A stretch of DNA of 64,000 bases, from the NCBI GenBank assembly GCA_964414835.1, contig CAYPWY010000007.1, forward strand, positions 12,993 through 76,992, written 5' to 3'. This DNA is from an uncultured Butyrivibrio sp. (GTDB lineage Bacteria > Bacillota > Clostridia > Lachnospirales > Lachnospiraceae). The notes under the pieces were generated by a model that had not been told where the DNA came from, searched no databases, and was given only the letters and a program-made list of their open reading frames with translations. Below, one piece after another: positions 60,040 through 64,000 of this stretch. The position numbers and the translations under genes are program-made. The first letter of the stretch is position 1; every line of letters starts with the position of its first letter.

Positions 60040-60092
60040 ATTGTACCACAACATCTAGTGATAAGTCCATTTATTTTTAACAAAATATGGTA
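60040..60092 (-). promoter_or_regulatory. parE promoter overlapped by two NrdR boxes
   Basis: CACAACATCTAGTG (60047) and AACAAAATATGGTA (60079), 32 bp apart; TGGACT-N18-TACAAT with extended TG. Confidence 0.7.
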
Positions 60093-61634
60093 CTATTCTT
60101 CCGTATCATCAACAATTTTAAGTTCAAACCAGAATATGCTTCCCTTGCCAAGCTTGGAGCTTACTCCAAATCCGGCATTGTGCAGTTTCAAAATATTCTT
60201 TACTATGGAAAGCCCTATTCCAGAGCCTTGCATTGCACGCTTGTGGGTTTTGTCTACTTTATAGTAGCGCTCCCATATATTGGCAAGCTCATCATCGGCA
60301 ATTCCATTGCCATGGTCCTCCACCTCAAGCCGCACCACATCACCATTAACTATCTGGCGCACAATTACCGTTTTATCATCACCGGAATAATTTATAGCAT
60401 TGTTAATAAGATTGTATATTACCTGATACACCTTATACTCATCGGCATATACCTTGACATCATCCTTATACTCAAACTTAATGTTATAACCACTCTGCTC
60501 TGTCAGCTTTGAATATCTGTTCATCACAGCAAGTATACTTGCCGTAAAATCAAAAACAACATTATGAAGCTCGGCATCTCCTGCCTGAAGCTTTGACAGC
60601 TCCAATATGTCGTTAACAAGATTGGTGAGCCTTGTAGTTTCATCTATGATTACCTGAATATTCTCCGGTGTGTTTTCTCCCGGCAAATCACGCATGACTT
60701 CCGAATAAGCTGTAATCATTGTCAAAGGCGTACGCAAATCGTGGGATACATTGGCTATTAATTCATGCTGGAGTTTATCAGTATGACCAAGCTCTTTTGC
60801 CGCATAATTCAGTGTATGCGAAAGCTCCTCAACCTCTCTGTATCCGGTTCCGTTAAATGTTGTGCTGAAGTCTCCTTCTGCAAGCTTTTTGGCAGACTCA
60901 TTAATCTTCACTATGGGCTTGGAGGTCAGCTTGGATATGACAAACGCCATTATTGATGCCATTACAACAAAAATAACCGAGATATATACAAATTGTATGC
61001 GCAGGGTATAAACAGTGGCATCTACAGGTGTAATAAGCATACTGATAAGAAGCAGCTGTTCATTGCCGTCATTATCTGTAATAATCTTGACATAAATCAT
61101 ACTTTTTGCTTCCGAGACATAATTTTTTATTGTATATCCTCCGAAACCGCTATTGTCGGTATTCTGTCTTTGCTCATTATTATCCTGTGTTGAAAACTGT
61201 GTTGTTACATCGTTATCCTCCTTAGGCCTCATTTCATTTTCGTAATTATATCTTCCGCTTACTTCATATGTAATAGTGCCGCCGTTTGCCTTGGCCTTAT
61301 TATAAAAATATAAAAACTTTTCGTAGTTATGTATGAAAATATGACTGTTTTCCATTATATTGGTACTGTATATGCTCTCACCGTCAGAGTCTGTCAAATT
61401 TATCCCAATGTCATATTTATCAGCAAGCTGCTCTATATATTCCTCTATATCCTCCGAATCAAGGTTATCCAAAAGCTTTCCCGCCGCCGTCTTCAGCTCG
61501 CGTTTCTTAATTTCCTGATAAAAGCTGTTTAAGTGGGCAATCTGAAAATACCATACCAGAAACAGCAGGAATGCCGTAAATCCGATAAGGTATATGAATA
61601 TGCGCCACTTTATACTCATTTTGTTATGCTTCAA
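60093..61634 (-). CDS. HAMP-domain sensor histidine kinase
   Basis: Two TMs, HAMP, SHDLRTPLT, NLINNA and GSGIGL; start uncertain (61619-61646). Confidence 0.92.
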   Translation of the reverse strand: MKHNKMSIKWRIFIYLIGFTAFLLFLVWYFQIAHLNSFYQEIKKRELKTAAGKLLDNLDSEDIEEYIEQLADKYDIGINLTDSDGESIYSTNIMENSHIFIHNYEKFLYFYNKAKANGGTITYEVSGRYNYENEMRPKEDNDVTTQFSTQDNNEQRQNTDNSGFGGYTIKNYVSEAKSMIYVKIITDNDGNEQLLLISMLITPVDATVYTLRIQFVYISVIFVVMASIMAFVISKLTSKPIVKINESAKKLAEGDFSTTFNGTGYREVEELSHTLNYAAKELGHTDKLQHELIANVSHDLRTPLTMITAYSEVMRDLPGENTPENIQVIIDETTRLTNLVNDILELSKLQAGDAELHNVVFDFTASILAVMNRYSKLTEQSGYNIKFEYKDDVKVYADEYKVYQVIYNLINNAINYSGDDKTVIVRQIVNGDVVRLEVEDHGNGIADDELANIWERYYKVDKTHKRAMQGSGIGLSIVKNILKLHNAGFGVSSKLGKGSIFWFELKIVDDTEE

Positions 61635-62304
61635 AGCGATAGCCAACTCCTCTCAAAGTCACAAGATAGCTCCGGTAATCGCCAAGACTGCTTCTGAGCA
61701 GCTTGATATGCGTATCCAGAGTTCTGTCATCCCCATAGTAATCGTATCCCCACACTTCTGTGATAAGTTTTTCTCTTGACAGGGCAATTCCACGGTTTCT
61801 TACCATATAAAACAACAGGTCATATTCCTTAGGTGTCATATTTATGCGCTGCCCATCTATAATTACCACTCTGGCTGTACAGTCAATCTCAAGTCCTCCG
61901 ATGCGGTAAACTTCCTTTTTGTCTGCTCCTGTATTTTGTGCCGGATACCTTCTGGCAAGCACAGCTTTAACCCGCATCATAAGTTCCCTCGGAGAAAAAG
62001 GCTTAACGACATAATCATCTATTCCAAGTTCAAAGCCATGGATTTTATCGTATTCTTCTCCTCTTGCCGACAACATAATAATAGGAATTTCCCTGACATT
62101 GAGTATCTGACGACATGCGGAAAACCCGTCCAGCTCCGGCATCATAACATCTATAATTATAAGGTCATAATTCTCTGACCTTACCTTAAGCAGCGCTTCC
62201 ATTCCATCAGACGCTTCATCAATATCATATCCCTCAAATTCGGCATATTTTTTAATAATAACCCTTATTTTCTCCTCATCATCCACAATCAACAATCTAC
62301 TCAT
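61624..62304 (-). CDS. OmpR family response regulator
   Basis: VDDE, DVMMP, KPF, and wHTH RTLDTHIKLLR..TLRGVGY. Confidence 0.95.
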   Translation of the reverse strand: MSRLLIVDDEEKIRVIIKKYAEFEGYDIDEASDGMEALLKVRSENYDLIIIDVMMPELDGFSACRQILNVREIPIIMLSARGEEYDKIHGFELGIDDYVVKPFSPRELMMRVKAVLARRYPAQNTGADKKEVYRIGGLEIDCTARVVIIDGQRINMTPKEYDLLFYMVRNRGIALSREKLITEVWGYDYYGDDRTLDTHIKLLRSSLGDYRSYLVTLRGVGYRFEA

Positions 62305-62385
62305 ATCATATCCTCATAAAAAAATGTCACATCTGCACCTTATATCTGATATAATAAAATACAAATGTGACAATACTGTGTTTGA

Positions 62386-63879
62386 TTAAATAATGTTGAG
62401 TATTTTTTTTACCGTCGCTTTCATTTCTGTTCTGTCACAGACAGTATCATGAAGCACAGGTGCCGTTCTGATGTCCTCAATCGCCTGAGGAACCTTTACA
62501 TTGGCTATCCTGCTGAGCTCATCCACAAGTTCAAAGTCAGACAATACATCATACTTATCTTTATCAATAGCACTCATAACGCTTCTTGTGAATTTAAAAG
62601 GACTTGCAGTGGAAGCAATAACTGCCTTTGTATCATCTCCGGTGTCAGCCACATATTTTTTGTATACACCTGCGGCAACCGCCGTATGCGTATCAATAAC
62701 ATATCCTGTACCATCATAAACTGATTTTATAACCTGTGCCGTCTCCGTCTCGCTGGAATAATTGCCGTAAAAATCTTTCAATTCTTCCTGCATACCGGAT
62801 GTAATAGTGTATTTACCGTCCGTCTTAAGACTTGTCATAAGACCGTTGTTAACCTTGGCATCAGCACCTGCAATCTTGTAGATAAGTCTCTCAAGATTGC
62901 TTGATATAAGAATATCCATTGAAGGAGATGACGTAAGAACAAATTCCCTGTTTTTGTCATATGTTCCTGTTGAAAAGAAATCATAGAGCACCTTATTCTC
63001 GTTGGAGGCACATATAAGCTTATTAACCGGAAGTCCCATATTTTTCGCATAGTAAGCGGCAAGTATATTGCCGAAATTACCTGTAGGAACCACCACATTA
63101 ATCTTCTCTCCTGCTGCAATCTCCCCGTTGCCGAGAAGCCTTGTATATGCATATACATAATAAACTATCTGAGGAACAAGTCTTCCTATATTAATAGAAT
63201 TAGCTGACGAAAACTGATAACCTGCATTGTCAAGCTCTGCCGCAAGCTCCTTATCGCCAAACATGTTCTTAACACCGGTCTGGGCATCATCAAAATTACC
63301 ATGAATACCTACAACATATGTATTATTCCCCTTCTGGGTAACCATCTGTTTCTCCTGAATAGGACTTACCCCGTTCTTAGGATAAAATACGATAATCTTA
63401 GTACCCTCAACATCCGCAAAGCCTGCCAACGCAGCTTTACCCGTATCGCCTGATGTGGCAGTCAGAATAACAATATCGTTCTTAATGTTATTCTTGCGGG
63501 CACTGGTTGTCAAAAGATGAGGAAGTATGGAAAGTGCCATATCCTTAAATGCGATTGTTGCGCCATGGAAAAGCTCCAGATAATATGCACCGTCAGCCTT
63601 AACAAGAGGAGCGATTTCGTCAGTATCAAACTTGGAATCATATGCCTTGTCAATGCAGGCCTTCAGTTCCTCTTCCGTAAAATCGGTAATAAAAAGCTTC
63701 ATTACCTGGTATGCCACCTGTTTGTAGTCCATCTCAGACAACTTGTCCAGACTTATATCAAGTGCCGGTATCTTCTCAGGCACATAAAGACCGCCGTCAT
63801 CTGCAAGACCTTTAAGTATTGCCTGTGAAGCGGTCACCTTAACATCTTCACTTCTAGTGCTTCTGTAATAGAGAGACAT
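62386..63879 (-). CDS. thrC: Threonine synthase
   Basis: YRSTR, ELFHGATIAFKD, ATSGDTG, NSINIGRL and PTGNFGN. Confidence 0.96.
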   Translation of the reverse strand: MSLYYRSTRSEDVKVTASQAILKGLADDGGLYVPEKIPALDISLDKLSEMDYKQVAYQVMKLFITDFTEEELKACIDKAYDSKFDTDEIAPLVKADGAYYLELFHGATIAFKDMALSILPHLLTTSARKNNIKNDIVILTATSGDTGKAALAGFADVEGTKIIVFYPKNGVSPIQEKQMVTQKGNNTYVVGIHGNFDDAQTGVKNMFGDKELAAELDNAGYQFSSANSINIGRLVPQIVYYVYAYTRLLGNGEIAAGEKINVVVPTGNFGNILAAYYAKNMGLPVNKLICASNENKVLYDFFSTGTYDKNREFVLTSSPSMDILISSNLERLIYKIAGADAKVNNGLMTSLKTDGKYTITSGMQEELKDFYGNYSSETETAQVIKSVYDGTGYVIDTHTAVAAGVYKKYVADTGDDTKAVIASTASPFKFTRSVMSAIDKDKYDVLSDFELVDELSRIANVKVPQAIEDIRTAPVLHDTVCDRTEMKATVKKILNII

Positions 63880-64000
63880 TTTAAGTACCACCTTTTTCCC
63901 AATTATAATGTATATTGTCTTTTCCAGACTTAATTGAGTATATATTAACATATATCATGTCAAAAATACAAGTGGCAGACACATAATAAATCAAAAATGT

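Overview
Mostly core chromosome of a low-GC, probably spore-forming Clostridia, most likely Lachnospiraceae (inferred from gene order and protein style). It carries sip, htpG (with a perfect CIRCE), putP, a secreted GH53-ricin galactanase, lgt, ychF, the priA-def-fmt-rsmB-rlmN-stp-pknB-rsgA-rpe-thiN cluster, fhs-murF-folD-murE, ftsK, uppP, tepA, nnr-alr-mazF, rex, nrdDG-dut, a MATE pump, a Topo IV-like parE-parC pair, two two-component systems and thrC. No rRNA, tRNA, CRISPR array, transposase or integrase was recognised. The most notable signals lie outside the ORF track. (1) A LytTR/GHKL two-component pair with no agrB is followed by a promoter carrying LytTR-type direct repeats that drives an unannotated 20-aa amphipathic peptide (MGVNLLIDDVWEWLKKLLGL) and a second micro-ORF. 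(2) A 0.8-kb islet is flanked by a duplicated rlmN 3' end and encodes a cystatin-like protein. (3) An antitoxin-less MazF sits behind a sigmaF/sigmaG-like promoter. (4) Paired NrdR boxes cover the type II topoisomerase promoter. (5) An ANTAR-like attenuator precedes an Lrp regulator. All calls were made by eye, without database searches.
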